Shown in pieces: positions 1 through 9,464 of a stretch of 64,000 nucleotides of DNA. Each line of letters opens with the position of its first letter. The stretch's first letter is position 1. This DNA comes from Deltaproteobacteria bacterium (GTDB taxonomy: Bacteria; Bacillota; Desulfotomaculia; Desulfotomaculales; JAGUVT01), in the NCBI GenBank assembly GCA_020062745.1, contig JAGUVT010000051.1, forward strand, positions 21,901 through 85,900, written 5' to 3'. A program made the position numbers and the translations under genes. Below the pieces are notes generated by a model. The model searched no databases and was not told where the DNA came from. It saw only the letters and a program-made list of their open reading frames with translations.

Positions 1-683
1 TTCGAGCCCCTGCTCCAGGCGCCGGCTGGACATATTAATACGCATTCGCCGCAACCGAGGCAACGTAAATCATCCCTTACCACCCGGTAGTTTTCCGTTC
101 TCAGGGCGCCGGAAGCAGAGCCGGCACAGTTTTTTACACAGGATTCGCAACTGATGCACCTGACGTCGTCATACAGCGGCTCAATCATGCCGATGATCCC
201 GACGTCCTGCAGGTGCACTTTCGCGCAGTCGTTGGCGCATCCCGACACGCCTATCTTCAACACCAGGCTTCCGGGGTAGAAGGAGCGTTCCAATTTAAGA
301 GCCATGTCTGTTGTGTCGATGGCGCCCATGACGCAGTCGCGGCTGCCTATGCAGGCGATAATGTTATGCGGCAGGGGTGCGGGGAAGCCGCCTTCCGTAT
401 CTTTTATATCGACTCCCGAGTTAACTTCCACTCCCTGGATGTAAGGCGCCAGGAGCTTTCTTACGGCAGGAATCTTTTCCTCCGGAATGCCCGGAATGGC
501 CAGGGCCTGGCGGGTGGTGAAATGAACCGTTCCATTGCCGTAGCGGCCGGCGATTTCTTTAATAATATCCAGGTATTTTACTTCCAGGTGACCACCTGGT
601 ACGCGTACCCTGGCCGTTACCCGACCTTTGTTTTTTGAAATAAAAAACGCATTTTTAATGATCATTTTTGTATCTAAACTCAT
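1..683 (-). CDS. Sulfite/nitrite reductase-like Fe-S protein (AsrC-like); C-terminal part runs off the left window edge
   Basis: My own minus-strand translation from ATG (683-681), with GGAGG about 9 nt upstream, gives MSLDTKMIIKNAFF... It carries an SGCANDCAK siroheme/Fe-S type motif and two ferredoxin motifs (CISCESCVKNC, CLGCGECVLICP). It is absent from the ORF track because there is no stop codon inside the window. Confidence 0.7.
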   Translation of the reverse strand, partial: MSLDTKMIIKNAFFISKNKGRVTARVRVPGGHLEVKYLDIIKEIAGRYGNGTVHFTTRQALAIPGIPEEKIPAVRKLLAPYIQGVEVNSGVDIKDTEGGFPAPLPHNIIACIGSRDCVMGAIDTTDMALKLERSFYPGSLVLKIGVSGCANDCAKVHLQDVGIIGMIEPLYDDVRCISCESCVKNCAGSASGALRTENYRVVRDDLRCLGCGECVLICPAGAWSRGS

Positions 684-1048
684 CTTGGCTTACCTCCCCG
701 CTGTTTCGCCGAGCTTATTTATGCATTTACTGAATTGTTCTCCCGGCCGTACTTCCTGAGTACTTTCTGGAAATCGTTGTTTTTAACTGGACATAAAACC
801 TGGCAATTTTCTTTTCTTTATCTCCCCACTTCGCTGATTTAAATAAATTATATTCTTTTTCTAAAGTTGGAATCCTGCTTGTATTATGAACATAGTTTCA
901 AGAAATTTGCCTCTCGCTCTTTAATGGCGGAAGAAAGTGGTGGATTATTTTCTTTTTAGTCAGGTTAGAAAATGTTTCATGGGGACTAAAGCTCTTTTTG
1001 TGGTAAACGAAAATTTATTTGCGGGGGGAAGATTATTTTACCGGCAAA

Positions 1049-1057
1049 TGGTATAAT
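1049..1057 (+). promoter_or_regulatory. Extended -10 element (TGgTATAAT) upstream of the PAC2 gene pair
   Basis: TGGTATAAT lies 33 nt upstream of the ATG at 1090 in a 400-bp AT-rich intergenic region. The -35 element is weak. Confidence 0.35.
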
Positions 1058-1089
1058 TATAAAAAATATTTTTTTGGAGAGAGAAAAAT

Positions 1090-1995
1090 ATGGGAAGGAA
1101 GTATAAGATATTTAAGAAACCGGAAACTCACGATCCGTATTTGATAGCTGCCTGGCCCGGAATCGGGAATATCGGGTTGCTGGCTGTAAATTACTTAAAA
1201 AATGGGTTAGGTGCAGAGGAATTTGGGGAAATAGAGCCGTGGCATTTTTTCTTTCCGAAAACTATTTCGACTGAAAAAGGTATATTGCAGGGGATGGATT
1301 TTCCAGCCAGCAAGTTTTATTATAAGAAAGCAGAAAGGGATTTAATAATTTTCCTGGGTGAAGCGCAGCCGGGAGAAGAAGATGTAATTTATGAAATAGC
1401 TAATAGCGTTTTGGATGTTGCTGAGGAATTTGGTTGCAAGCGGGTTTATACTGCCGGGGCTGCTGTGGCGCCCATTCACCATACAGTGAAGCCGAGAGTA
1501 TGGGCGGTGCCGAATAAGAAGTCCCTCCTTGAAGAAGTCAAGGGATACAGAAATACAATTGTGATGAGCGATCTGGGCGAAAGGGAAGGCAGGGGCAACA
1601 TCACCGGTTTAAATGGCGTGCTCCTGGGGGTTGCCAGAAAGAGGAACCTGGAGGGCATTTGTCTATTAGGTGAGATACCCATGTATATTGCTCATTTTCC
1701 AGGACCGTATACCATCATGTATCCGAAAGCTTCGCAGTCTGTCCTTGAAGCCCTCGGTTATGGCCTGCGTATCCGGATTGATACGGGGGATATTAAAGCC
1801 CTTGCTGATAGTGTGGAGAGGAAGGTCGAAGCACTGTACGGAAGCCTGCCTTCAGAAATAAGGGAGGAACTCGATAAGCTAAAGCATGTCGGTTATGTGC
1901 AACCAACAGAGCCCGGCCCGATAACTGAGGAAGAAAAGGAAAAGATCCTCAAGGAAGTAGAGGAGTTCTTTAAAAAGGGGGAGAAATATGATTGA
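1090..1995 (+). CDS. PAC2 (proteasome assembly chaperone 2-like / COG1938) family protein
   Basis: 301 aa. The N-terminus DPYLIAAWPGIGNIGLLAVNYL is typical of PAC2/PbaA-like proteins. It has an acidic C-terminal tail ending in KYD. GGAGAGAG RBS. Confidence 0.7.
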   Translation: MGRKYKIFKKPETHDPYLIAAWPGIGNIGLLAVNYLKNGLGAEEFGEIEPWHFFFPKTISTEKGILQGMDFPASKFYYKKAERDLIIFLGEAQPGEEDVIYEIANSVLDVAEEFGCKRVYTAGAAVAPIHHTVKPRVWAVPNKKSLLEEVKGYRNTIVMSDLGEREGRGNITGLNGVLLGVARKRNLEGICLLGEIPMYIAHFPGPYTIMYPKASQSVLEALGYGLRIRIDTGDIKALADSVERKVEALYGSLPSEIREELDKLKHVGYVQPTEPGPITEEEKEKILKEVEEFFKKGEKYD

Positions 1996-2776
1996 AGAAG
2001 CTTCCAGACCTGGTTCGCCGTTTTTAATTGTTGGTTGGAGCCCGGATGGAGGTGAGGTTGGCTGGCGGGTGCTTGATTACTTGAACAAACATCTTTCGGC
2101 CAGGGAACTCAACGAAATTGAACCTTTAGGTTTTTTCTCCCTGGGCGGCGTACAGGTTAAGAACAACATCATCCATTTTCCTCAAAGTAAATTTTATTTC
2201 GTCGAGGGGAAAAATCTGATTTTCTTTAAGAGTAGCCAGCCCGGTTCTAAAGGGTATGAATTTTTAAACCGGGTTTTAGATGTGGCCAGACGTTTTAATG
2301 TGCAGGGGGTTTACACAATCGGCGGCCTGGTTTCGATGATGGCCCATACTGAAGAGAGAAGAATGACGGCTGTCTTTAATAATCCCGAGTTGAAAAAGAG
2401 CCTGGCAGCCTATGACCTGGAAATGGACCTGGATTATCAAGGAGCGCCTTCTATGAGCGGTTTTCTTTTGTGGGCGGCAAGAAATAGAAATATTGCGGCA
2501 GTAAGTTGTTGGGTAAATATTCCGTTTTACTTTGCTGAGGGAGTTGATCCAAAAGCAGATAAAACTGTGTTGAGCTTATTAAATCGCCGGTTTGCTTTAA
2601 ACATGGACTTGAGGGAACTTGATCAGGCGATAGAAAAACAGGATGAGGAAATGTTGCGAATAAGAGAAAATAACCTGGAAGTTGATAGGTATATAACTAA
2701 ACTGGAAAGAAATTGGGGCTTGACCCAGGAAGAAGCCGGAAAACTGGTACAGGAGATAAGCAAGTTTGTTACTTGA
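1988..2776 (+). CDS. PAC2 family protein (second, divergent paralog)
   Basis: 262 aa. The N-terminus SPFLIVGWSPDGGEVGWRVLDYL is parallel to the upstream gene. An 8-nt overlap with that gene suggests translational coupling. Confidence 0.7.
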   Translation: MIEEASRPGSPFLIVGWSPDGGEVGWRVLDYLNKHLSARELNEIEPLGFFSLGGVQVKNNIIHFPQSKFYFVEGKNLIFFKSSQPGSKGYEFLNRVLDVARRFNVQGVYTIGGLVSMMAHTEERRMTAVFNNPELKKSLAAYDLEMDLDYQGAPSMSGFLLWAARNRNIAAVSCWVNIPFYFAEGVDPKADKTVLSLLNRRFALNMDLRELDQAIEKQDEEMLRIRENNLEVDRYITKLERNWGLTQEEAGKLVQEISKFVT

Positions 2777-2824
2777 TTGCGAATATTGGCTTTGACAGGT
2801 TAGTTGTTTCATTAATATATTACT

Positions 2825-2995
2825 TCAGTTATTCAATAGAGTTAAGGAATTAATTAATTCTTTTACCGTCCGGTACTGGCTGATGTACTGCAAAAGCAGG
2901 TGCCGGACTTCATTTAGTTTGCCGCAGAAGTAAATACGGTCACTGGATATGAATATCTGCAAGCTAAAACACTCCTTCCTGACGTAAAGTCGCAT
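2825..2995 (-). CDS. Hypothetical small protein (56 aa), candidate sporulation gene
   Basis: Internal ATG of the 89-aa track ORF, preceded by AAGGAG (3001-3006) at 5-nt spacing. A sigma-E-like promoter lies 58 nt upstream. I recognised no family. Confidence 0.4.
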   Translation of the reverse strand: MRLYVRKECFSLQIFISSDRIYFCGKLNEVRHLLLQYISQYRTVKELINSLTLLNN

Positions 2996-3060
2996 TAATA
3001 CTCCTTGAGTAGTTTTAAAACTAAAAAATCGGTAACAATTGAACGTCTGTTGTGTGTCAA

Positions 3061-3089
3061 AGTATATGTAGCCCGCTACGGTTTTATGA
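3061..3089 (-). promoter_or_regulatory. Sigma-E-type (mother-cell) promoter candidate
   Basis: The minus strand reads TCATAAA-N14-CATATACT, against the Bacillus sigma-E consensus ZHATAxx-N14-CATACAHT. It points at the 56-aa ORF. Confidence 0.4.
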
Positions 3090-3153
3090 ATCATAAAATA
3101 CTTTGTCCGGCCATAAAATTAACCAGGGACAGGTTAAAAAGCAGGAGAAGGAG

Positions 3154-3792
3154 ATGGTGGCGGTGGCAAGATCTTTAAAAGATGTCTGTCTTGCCTCCCT
3201 GCGTCATTACTGGCCGGTCTACCTGGTAGTTTTTTTAATTTTTGGCCTGGGAGTAGCAGCCGGGGCAATAGCGGCAGGGAATCTGGAAAGCGAACAGGCC
3301 AATGAGTTGAGCCGTTACCTCGACCGTTTTCTCCAGCAGGTGAATGTGCTGGAAGTAGACCAGCCCGCGGCTGTAAAGGATGCTGTTACCAATAATATCC
3401 TGATCATTTTGGCCATTTACTTTCTTGGTCTGACTGTAATCGGCATCCCGGTGATGCTGGCGCTGGTTTTTACCAGAGGATTCGCTCTCGGTTTTGCCTC
3501 TGGTTTTCTAACCCAGGATCGGGCTTTGATGGGGGTGATTCTGGCGTTTGCGGCTATTTTCCCGCAGAACCTTTTTTTTGTGCCAGCGCTGGTTGTCGGC
3601 GGGGTGGCATCGTTATCTTTTGCCGTCCTGCTGGCCAGGCGGTTCCAAAATTCTTATATAAAAGTCTGGCCCGGCTTTATGGGTTATACCGGCTTGATGT
3701 TACTGGTCCTGGCAGCGGCAGTTTTTGCCGGTCTGATTGAGGTTTACCTGACGCCGTTGCTGGTTAAGATGGCGGCGTCTCTTTACGGTTAA
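3154..3792 (+). CDS. spoIIM: Stage II sporulation protein M
   Basis: Polytopic membrane protein with the typical SpoIIM N-terminus (...YWPVYLVVFLIFGLGVAAGAIAA...ELSRYLDRFL). I placed the start at the ATG with AGGAG 6 nt upstream; the track ORF starts at 3103. The position directly before xerD is as in other Firmicutes. Confidence 0.8.
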   Translation: MVAVARSLKDVCLASLRHYWPVYLVVFLIFGLGVAAGAIAAGNLESEQANELSRYLDRFLQQVNVLEVDQPAAVKDAVTNNILIILAIYFLGLTVIGIPVMLALVFTRGFALGFASGFLTQDRALMGVILAFAAIFPQNLFFVPALVVGGVASLSFAVLLARRFQNSYIKVWPGFMGYTGLMLLVLAAAVFAGLIEVYLTPLLVKMAASLYG

Positions 3793-3831
3793 AGAAGGAA
3801 TTGGCCGTTTTCTTGTGGAAGTAACATTTTT

Positions 3832-4725
3832 ATGAATAAATATCTTAATGAATTCATTTATTACCTGGAAGTGGAACGGGGGCTGGCAAAGAATACGGTT
3901 GCTTCATACCGTCTCGATCTGGAACGGTACCTGGCTTTTTGCCGGGAACAGAGGTCGTTGGCTTCTTTACTGGAGGCTGACAGGGACGTAGTAATGGCTT
4001 ATCTTTTATATCTGCAGTCAGAGGGGAAGGTTTCGTCAACCATTTCACGGCACCTGGCGTCGCTCAAATCTTTTTACCGCTTTCTGGTGACAGAGAATTT
4101 TTTGCTTGAAAATCCTGTGGCCGATCTTGAATCACCCAGGCTGTTACAGAAACTGCCCAGAGTTTTAACTGTTACAGAAGTGGAAATATTGTTGAGCCAG
4201 CCTTCTTCCGGGAACGGGGGGGCTGGATTGCGGGATAAAGCCATGCTGGAATTACTTTACGCTACCGGGATAAGGGTGTCGGAACTGGTTTCCCTTGAAG
4301 TAGAACATGTTAACCTGGAGAATGGCTTTATCCGGTGCTTCGGCAAAGGAGCGAAGGAAAGGATAGTGCCTTTGGGCGGTACGGCGGGCCGCTGTTTGGA
4401 GGAATATCTGCTCTACGGCCGGAGCAGGTTAATTGGAAATAAAGTTACAACGGCCTTGTTTGTCAATTGGCGCGGGCAGAGGCTGACCAGGCAGGGTTTC
4501 TGGAAAATTATTAAAAAGTATGCCCGCCGGGGGGGAATAAAAAAGAAAATTACGCCGCATACTCTGCGTCATTCTTTTGCCACCCACCTGTTGGAAAATG
4601 GGGCCGATTTGCGGTCGGTGCAGGAGATGCTGGGGCATGCCGACATCAGCACCACCCAGATTTATACTCATTTGACAAAGGGGCGGCTGCGGGAGGTTTA
4701 CGACCGCACTCACCCGCGGGCTTAA
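3832..4725 (+). CDS. xerD: Tyrosine recombinase XerD
   Basis: 297 aa. The C-terminal catalytic region is [38 protein letters not shown]. Confidence 0.9.
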   Translation: MNKYLNEFIYYLEVERGLAKNTVASYRLDLERYLAFCREQRSLASLLEADRDVVMAYLLYLQSEGKVSSTISRHLASLKSFYRFLVTENFLLENPVADLESPRLLQKLPRVLTVTEVEILLSQPSSGNGGAGLRDKAMLELLYATGIRVSELVSLEVEHVNLENGFIRCFGKGAKERIVPLGGTAGRCLEEYLLYGRSRLIGNKVTTALFVNWRGQRLTRQGFWKIIKKYARRGGIKKKITPHTLRHSFATHLLENGADLRSVQEMLGHADISTTQIYTHLTKGRLREVYDRTHPRA

Positions 4726-4761
4726 AATCAGGTAAAATTTTTATAAGGGACGTGTTAATAA

Positions 4762-5940
4762 TTGACTGCGGTAGAGCAAGTAACTTTAGTTATTCTGGAT
4801 AGTGTCGGGGTTGGCGCTATGCCTGATGCCGGGCTGTACGACGACGATGGCAGCAATACTCTGGTCAATACAGCTCAGGCGGTGGGAGGGCTGCACATGC
4901 CTAATATGGGCAGGCTGGGTCTGGGCAATATTGTTCCGGTTGAAGGAGTGACGCCGGTTGATAAACCTGCTGCTGCTCGTGGCCGCATGGCCGAGCGGTC
5001 GCCGGGAAAGGATACTACCACCGGCCACTGGGAAATGGCCGGGCTGATCCTGGAGCGGCCTTTTCCGGTTTATCCGGACGGTTTTCCGCCGGAAATCATT
5101 TCTGCTTATGAGGCAAGAATCGGCCGACCGGTGCTTGGCAACAAGGCAGCCTCCGGTACGGTAATTATCGAAGAACTGGGTCGAAAACATATAGAGACCG
5201 GTTACCCGATTGTCTATACTTCAGCCGACAGCGTCTTCCAGGTAGCGGCTCATGAAGAGGTCATCCCGGCGGAGGATCTTTACGAAATGTGCCGTCAGGC
5301 AAGGGAGATGCTGGTCGGTAAACATGCTGTGGGCAGGGTGATTGCCCGTCCTTTTACCGGGCGGCCGGGCAGTTTCCGGCGGACGGAACGGCGGCATGAT
5401 TTTTCGCTTAAACCGCCCCGGCCGACGATTTTAAATGTTTTACACAACAATGGTGTTCCCGTAACGGCGGTGGGAAAGGTCGAGGATATTTTTGCCGGCA
5501 GCGGTATTACCCGCTCCTTTCCGGTAAAAGGTAACAAGTATTGTATGGATGTAACCGTGGAACTTGTGCGTAGAAGAACCAGGGGACTTGTATTTACCAA
5601 CCTGGTGGACTTTGATATGCTTTACGGTCACCGCAATGATCCCCGTGGTTTTGCCGATGCCCTTGAGGAATTCGACAGACGGCTGCCGGAGTTGATCAGT
5701 GTCATGCAAGAGGCCGACGTGCTGATCATTACGGCCGACCACGGCTGCGACCCAACCACCAGCAGCACTGATCACTCTCGTGAATATGTCCCGTTGCTGG
5801 TTTATGGTAAGCAGGTACAAGGTGGAGTAAATCTTGGCGTGCGGGAGACTTTCGCCGACGTGGCTGCCACGCTGGCCGATTTCTTTGCTGTGCCATTTTC
5901 TATTGGCCGAAGCTTTGCTGAAGAGTTGAAACAGGAGTAG
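4762..5940 (+). CDS. deoB: Phosphopentomutase
   Basis: 392 aa with the motifs [17 protein letters not shown] and ADHGCDPT. Confidence 0.9.
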   Translation: MTAVEQVTLVILDSVGVGAMPDAGLYDDDGSNTLVNTAQAVGGLHMPNMGRLGLGNIVPVEGVTPVDKPAAARGRMAERSPGKDTTTGHWEMAGLILERPFPVYPDGFPPEIISAYEARIGRPVLGNKAASGTVIIEELGRKHIETGYPIVYTSADSVFQVAAHEEVIPAEDLYEMCRQAREMLVGKHAVGRVIARPFTGRPGSFRRTERRHDFSLKPPRPTILNVLHNNGVPVTAVGKVEDIFAGSGITRSFPVKGNKYCMDVTVELVRRRTRGLVFTNLVDFDMLYGHRNDPRGFADALEEFDRRLPELISVMQEADVLIITADHGCDPTTSSTDHSREYVPLLVYGKQVQGGVNLGVRETFADVAATLADFFAVPFSIGRSFAEELKQE

Positions 5941-5965
5941 ACAACCGGTTGGGGAGAGGGTTTTT

Positions 5966-7285
5966 ATGCGCATGTATGATCTTATCCTGAAAAAACGTAA
6001 CAGGTTGGAGTTGACGGCAGAAGAAATCAATTTTTTTATTAAGGGTTACACAAATGGAGAAATTCCGGATTACCAGGCGTCGGCCCTTTTAATGGCCGTT
6101 TATTTTTGTGGTTTGAGTGCCCGGGAAACAGCCGATCTGACGGAAGCCATGGTTGATTCGGGGGAGCGGGCTGATCTTTCGGCTATTCCCGGCATTAAGG
6201 TGGACAAGCACAGTACCGGTGGAGTGGGAGACAAAACCACGCTGGTGTTGGTACCGCTGGTGGCGGCAGCCGGCGTGCCGGTAGCCAAAATGTCCGGCCG
6301 GGGTCTGGGCCATACCGGCGGGACGGTGGATAAACTGGAGTCCATCCCGGGTTTTAGGACCGACCTGGATAAGACGGCGTTTATTGAGCAGGTACGGCAG
6401 GTAGGAGCGGCAGTGGTGGCGCAGACCGGGCATCTGGCTCCGGCCGACAAAAAGCTGTATGCATTGCGCGATGTTACTGCCACGGTAGATAGCATTCCTT
6501 TGATTGCCAGTAGCATCATGAGCAAGAAGATAGCTTGTGGGGCCGATGCTATTGTGCTTGATGTGAAAACGGGCGGCGGTGCTTTTATGCGGGACCCGGA
6601 TCAGGCTTTCGCCCTGGCGGAAGCTATGGTAGAGATCGGTCGCCGGGCAGACCGTCGTACTGTGGCGCTGGTTACTGACATGAACCAGCCGCTGGGATAT
6701 GCGGTGGGTAACGCTTTGGAAGTAGCCGAGGCCATTGATACGCTGCGGGGGCGGGGACCGGCTGACCTGGTGGAGTTGTGTCTGGCCCTGGGCAGCCAGG
6801 TGCTGCTGCTGGCCGGAGTGGTACAAGGTGTGGCTGAAGGCCGGGAGAAGCTGGCCGGGCTGCTGCAAGAAGGGGCGGCTCTGGATATGTTCGAAAAAAT
6901 TATTGTTGCTCAGGGCGGGGAACAACGGGTGCTCTATGATTCTTCAGTGTTACCTGCGGCAGCTTGTCGGGAGGAAATAATCTCCTCTGCCGGCGGCTAT
7001 GTGCAGGCCATCCGTGCTGAAAAGATTGGACAGGCAGCCATGCTGCTGGGAGCCGGCCGGGAAACCAAAGAGTCGCTTATTGATCCGGCCGTGGGAGTGG
7101 TACTTCGGAAAAAGGCGGGGGAGCGCGTGGAGCGCGGTGAGGTGCTGGCCGTGCTGCATGTGAACGGGCGGGAGAGATTACCCGCAGCGAGAGAATCGAT
7201 CTTCAGTGCTTTCACCGTTAATGATGAACCATTTTCTCCCGCACCTCTGATTTACAGTGTGGTGAGCCGGCAAAAACGGGCTTGA
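5966..7285 (+). CDS. pdp: Pyrimidine-nucleoside phosphorylase
   Basis: 439 aa with KHSTGGVGDKT, and SGRGLGHTGGTVDKLE characteristic of thymidine/pyrimidine nucleoside phosphorylases. Confidence 0.9.
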   Translation: MRMYDLILKKRNRLELTAEEINFFIKGYTNGEIPDYQASALLMAVYFCGLSARETADLTEAMVDSGERADLSAIPGIKVDKHSTGGVGDKTTLVLVPLVAAAGVPVAKMSGRGLGHTGGTVDKLESIPGFRTDLDKTAFIEQVRQVGAAVVAQTGHLAPADKKLYALRDVTATVDSIPLIASSIMSKKIACGADAIVLDVKTGGGAFMRDPDQAFALAEAMVEIGRRADRRTVALVTDMNQPLGYAVGNALEVAEAIDTLRGRGPADLVELCLALGSQVLLLAGVVQGVAEGREKLAGLLQEGAALDMFEKIIVAQGGEQRVLYDSSVLPAAACREEIISSAGGYVQAIRAEKIGQAAMLLGAGRETKESLIDPAVGVVLRKKAGERVERGEVLAVLHVNGRERLPAARESIFSAFTVNDEPFSPAPLIYSVVSRQKRA

Positions 7286-7293
7286 GAATGGGT

Positions 7294-7322
7294 GTATAAG
7301 TTGGTGAAGTTGTTACATAATA
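7294..7322 (+). promoter_or_regulatory. Forespore (sigma-F/sigma-G type) promoter candidate for dacF
   Basis: GTATA-N17-CATAATA matches the GnATR-N17/18-CATnnTA consensus and lies 37 nt upstream of the dacF ATG. Confidence 0.5.
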
Positions 7323-7358
7323 CAAGATGTAGTTTAAAAATACCAGGAGGGGAAGTAA

Positions 7359-8525
7359 ATGTCCGGGAAAGGTATGCTGTCGTTCATGCTGCTTTTTGCT
7401 TTTATTTTTTGCCTGCCGGTTGTTTCTTTTGCTCAGGCGAAACCGGAAAAACTAAAGGTTGTTTCTTCATCTCTGGAGACTACTGCTGAGTCGGCTGTTT
7501 TGATGGAGGCGGGGTCGGGTAAAGTATTGTTTGAAAAGGAACCGCATAAGCAACTGCCGATGGCCAGCGTAACCAAGTTGATGACCCTGCTGCTGGCAGT
7601 GGAAGCGGTTGAGCAGGGTAAGTTTAACCTGGATGACAGGGTTGTTACCAGTGAAAACGCGTGGGAAATGGGCGGTTCCCAGATTTACCTGGAGCCTGGT
7701 GAAGAAATGAGCCTGTGGGATATGCTCCTGGCTGTCGGTGTAGGTTCGGCCAATGATGCCAGCGTGGCGGTGGCGGAACATGTTGCCGGGGCCGAGGACG
7801 TTTTTGTCCAGATGATGAATGAAAAAGCTGCGAGTTTGGGTTTAAAGAATACTCGCTTTGCTAATTCACATGGTTTACCGGCAAAAGACCACTATACCAG
7901 CGCCTGCGACGTGGCGGTGATTTTAAGGGAGGGTTTGAAGTATCCCCTATTCCAGAAAATATCGGCTATTAAAGAGTATGATCTGCGGGGGGGTGCCTTT
8001 AAGCTCTGGAATACGAATAAGCTGCTTTGGTGGTACGACGGCGCAGATGCCGGCAAGACCGGCTGGACGGAAGAAGCGAAGTACTGCCTGGCCTCTTCGG
8101 CGGAAAGAGGCGGCTTGCGCTTGATTGCAGTGGTGCTGGGCACGCCTGAACCAAAAAGTCATTTCCGCGAGTCGGAGAAACTTTTTAACTACGGTTTCGC
8201 CCGCTATAAAGCAGTGAATATGGCAGAAAAGGGGTCTGTGGTGAAGGAATTAAAGGTTGGTAAAGGGCAACTGGATAACGTTGGCGTGCTTGCTGCCGAA
8301 CGGGTTTCGGTAGTGGTACCGAAAGGTGAGGATAAGGATTTTACGCACCGGCTGGAACTGCCGAAGCAGATCGATGCGCCGGTTAAGAAAGGGCAGGTTG
8401 TCGGCTCTTACGTGGTACTGAAGGATGGGCGGGAAATGCGGCGGGTGAACCTGATAGCCGGAGATGATGTTTCAAAGGCAACATTGTTCCGGCAAATAGG
8501 GCGGGTACTGGAACAGGTCTATTAA
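7359..8525 (+). CDS. dacF: D-alanyl-D-alanine carboxypeptidase (sporulation-type PBP5 family)
   Basis: 388 aa with a signal peptide, SVTKLMT (SxxK), SAND (SxN) and KTGWT (KTG). It sits immediately upstream of spoIIAA, as in B. subtilis. Confidence 0.85.
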   Translation: MSGKGMLSFMLLFAFIFCLPVVSFAQAKPEKLKVVSSSLETTAESAVLMEAGSGKVLFEKEPHKQLPMASVTKLMTLLLAVEAVEQGKFNLDDRVVTSENAWEMGGSQIYLEPGEEMSLWDMLLAVGVGSANDASVAVAEHVAGAEDVFVQMMNEKAASLGLKNTRFANSHGLPAKDHYTSACDVAVILREGLKYPLFQKISAIKEYDLRGGAFKLWNTNKLLWWYDGADAGKTGWTEEAKYCLASSAERGGLRLIAVVLGTPEPKSHFRESEKLFNYGFARYKAVNMAEKGSVVKELKVGKGQLDNVGVLAAERVSVVVPKGEDKDFTHRLELPKQIDAPVKKGQVVGSYVVLKDGREMRRVNLIAGDDVSKATLFRQIGRVLEQVY

Positions 8526-8541
8526 GAATTTAAGGAATCGG

Positions 8542-8573
8542 GAGCAGCCGGGAAGGTCTGGCTGCTCTTTTTT
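8542..8573 (+). terminator. Rho-independent terminator after dacF
   Basis: GAGCAGCC / GGCTGCTC stem followed by a T6 run. Confidence 0.65.
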
Positions 8574-8639
8574 CTTGTATTTTGCCTTGATATTTGGTAA
8601 GATTTAGCAAGAAAACATGAATAAGAAGGAGAAAAGGGA

Positions 8640-8978
8640 ATGCAATTAGAACTGAAAATGGAACAGGGTACTCTGGTGGTGCGTCCGGCGGGTGAACTCG
8701 ATCTGGGTATAGCAGAAGATTTTCGCAATGCTTTAGATGAGGTTCTTGACCAGGGGGCGGTGAAAAATCTTATTTTCAACCTGAGCCGGGTAACCTTTAT
8801 TGACAGTTCCGGTTTAGGTGTAATGCTCGGGCGTTATAAGCGCATTACCAGAACCGGCGGGCAGGTGGCTGTGATTGGTCCGCAACCGCAGGTGCGAAGG
8901 ATTTTAGAACTCTCCGGGTTGTTCCAAATAATGAACGAATTCAGGAATGAAGAAGAGGCTCTTGCGAAAATCAGTTGA
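8640..8978 (+). CDS. spoIIAA: Anti-sigma-F factor antagonist SpoIIAA (STAS domain)
   Basis: 112 aa with the DSSGLGV phospho-serine motif. AAGGAG RBS. Confidence 0.9.
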   Translation: MQLELKMEQGTLVVRPAGELDLGIAEDFRNALDEVLDQGAVKNLIFNLSRVTFIDSSGLGVMLGRYKRITRTGGQVAVIGPQPQVRRILELSGLFQIMNEFRNEEEALAKIS

Positions 8979-8991
8979 AGGGGGTTATCGG

Positions 8992-9450
8992 GTGCAGTTA
9001 ATTAATCAAATGAAAGTTGAGTTCTTAAGTATTCCGGCTAATGTTGCCTTTGCCCGGGTGGCGGTGGCATCTTTTGCTTCCCAGTTGGACTATACTTTGT
9101 CCGACATGGAAGAAATAAAGGTGGCAGTGTCGGAAGCGGTGAGTAACGCAATTATCCACGGATATGAAAATGCTTCGGATAAATTTGTCAGGGTTGTTGC
9201 CTCTTTAACAAAAAATGCCTTACAAATCAGCGTGGAGGATGATGGCAGGGGTATTGAAGATATTAAGCAGGCCCTCCAGCCGGCTTTTTCTACAAATCCC
9301 GAGCGGATGGGTCTGGGGTTTGTTTTTATGCAGTCTTTTATGGACAGCTTCCAGGTTGATTCTGCGCCGGGCTGCGGCACCAGGGTGAAGATGGTCAAAA
9401 AGGTCAGTACCCTGGTTGAACAAGGCTCGCAGGTTTCACCTGAGCATTAA
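8992..9450 (+). CDS. spoIIAB: Anti-sigma-F factor / serine kinase SpoIIAB
   Basis: HATPase motifs SNAIIHGY, DDGRGI and GLGF. I placed the start at the GTG with GAAGGGGG 6 nt upstream; the track ORF starts at 8947, inside spoIIAA. Confidence 0.9.
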   Translation: MQLINQMKVEFLSIPANVAFARVAVASFASQLDYTLSDMEEIKVAVSEAVSNAIIHGYENASDKFVRVVASLTKNALQISVEDDGRGIEDIKQALQPAFSTNPERMGLGFVFMQSFMDSFQVDSAPGCGTRVKMVKKVSTLVEQGSQVSPEH

Positions 9451-9464
9451 GCGGGGATGCAAAA

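Noticed and set aside
213-638. 141-aa plus-strand ORF in the ORF track
   Set aside because: It lies entirely antisense to the AsrC-like Fe-S gene, which has clear ferredoxin and siroheme motifs. It has no RBS and no recognisable motifs, so it is a shadow ORF.
3832-4725. Tyrosine recombinases (also 36557-37465) as markers of an integrated mobile element
   Set aside because: Both sit in the canonical chromosomal contexts of xerD (after spoIIM) and xerC/codV (before hslVU-codY). There are no flanking phage or IS genes, att-like repeats or compositional shift.
6089-6925. 278-aa and 141-aa minus-strand ORFs inside pdp
   Set aside because: They are antisense to a well-supported pyrimidine-nucleoside phosphorylase. 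Their composition is low-complexity and Arg/Gln/His-rich, typical of shadow frames in GC-biased codon usage.
8599-8622. Sigma-H-like promoter (AAGATTT-N13-GAAT) upstream of spoIIAA
   Set aside because: It matches only the short, degenerate core elements and I could not distinguish it from chance, so it is not listed as a feature.
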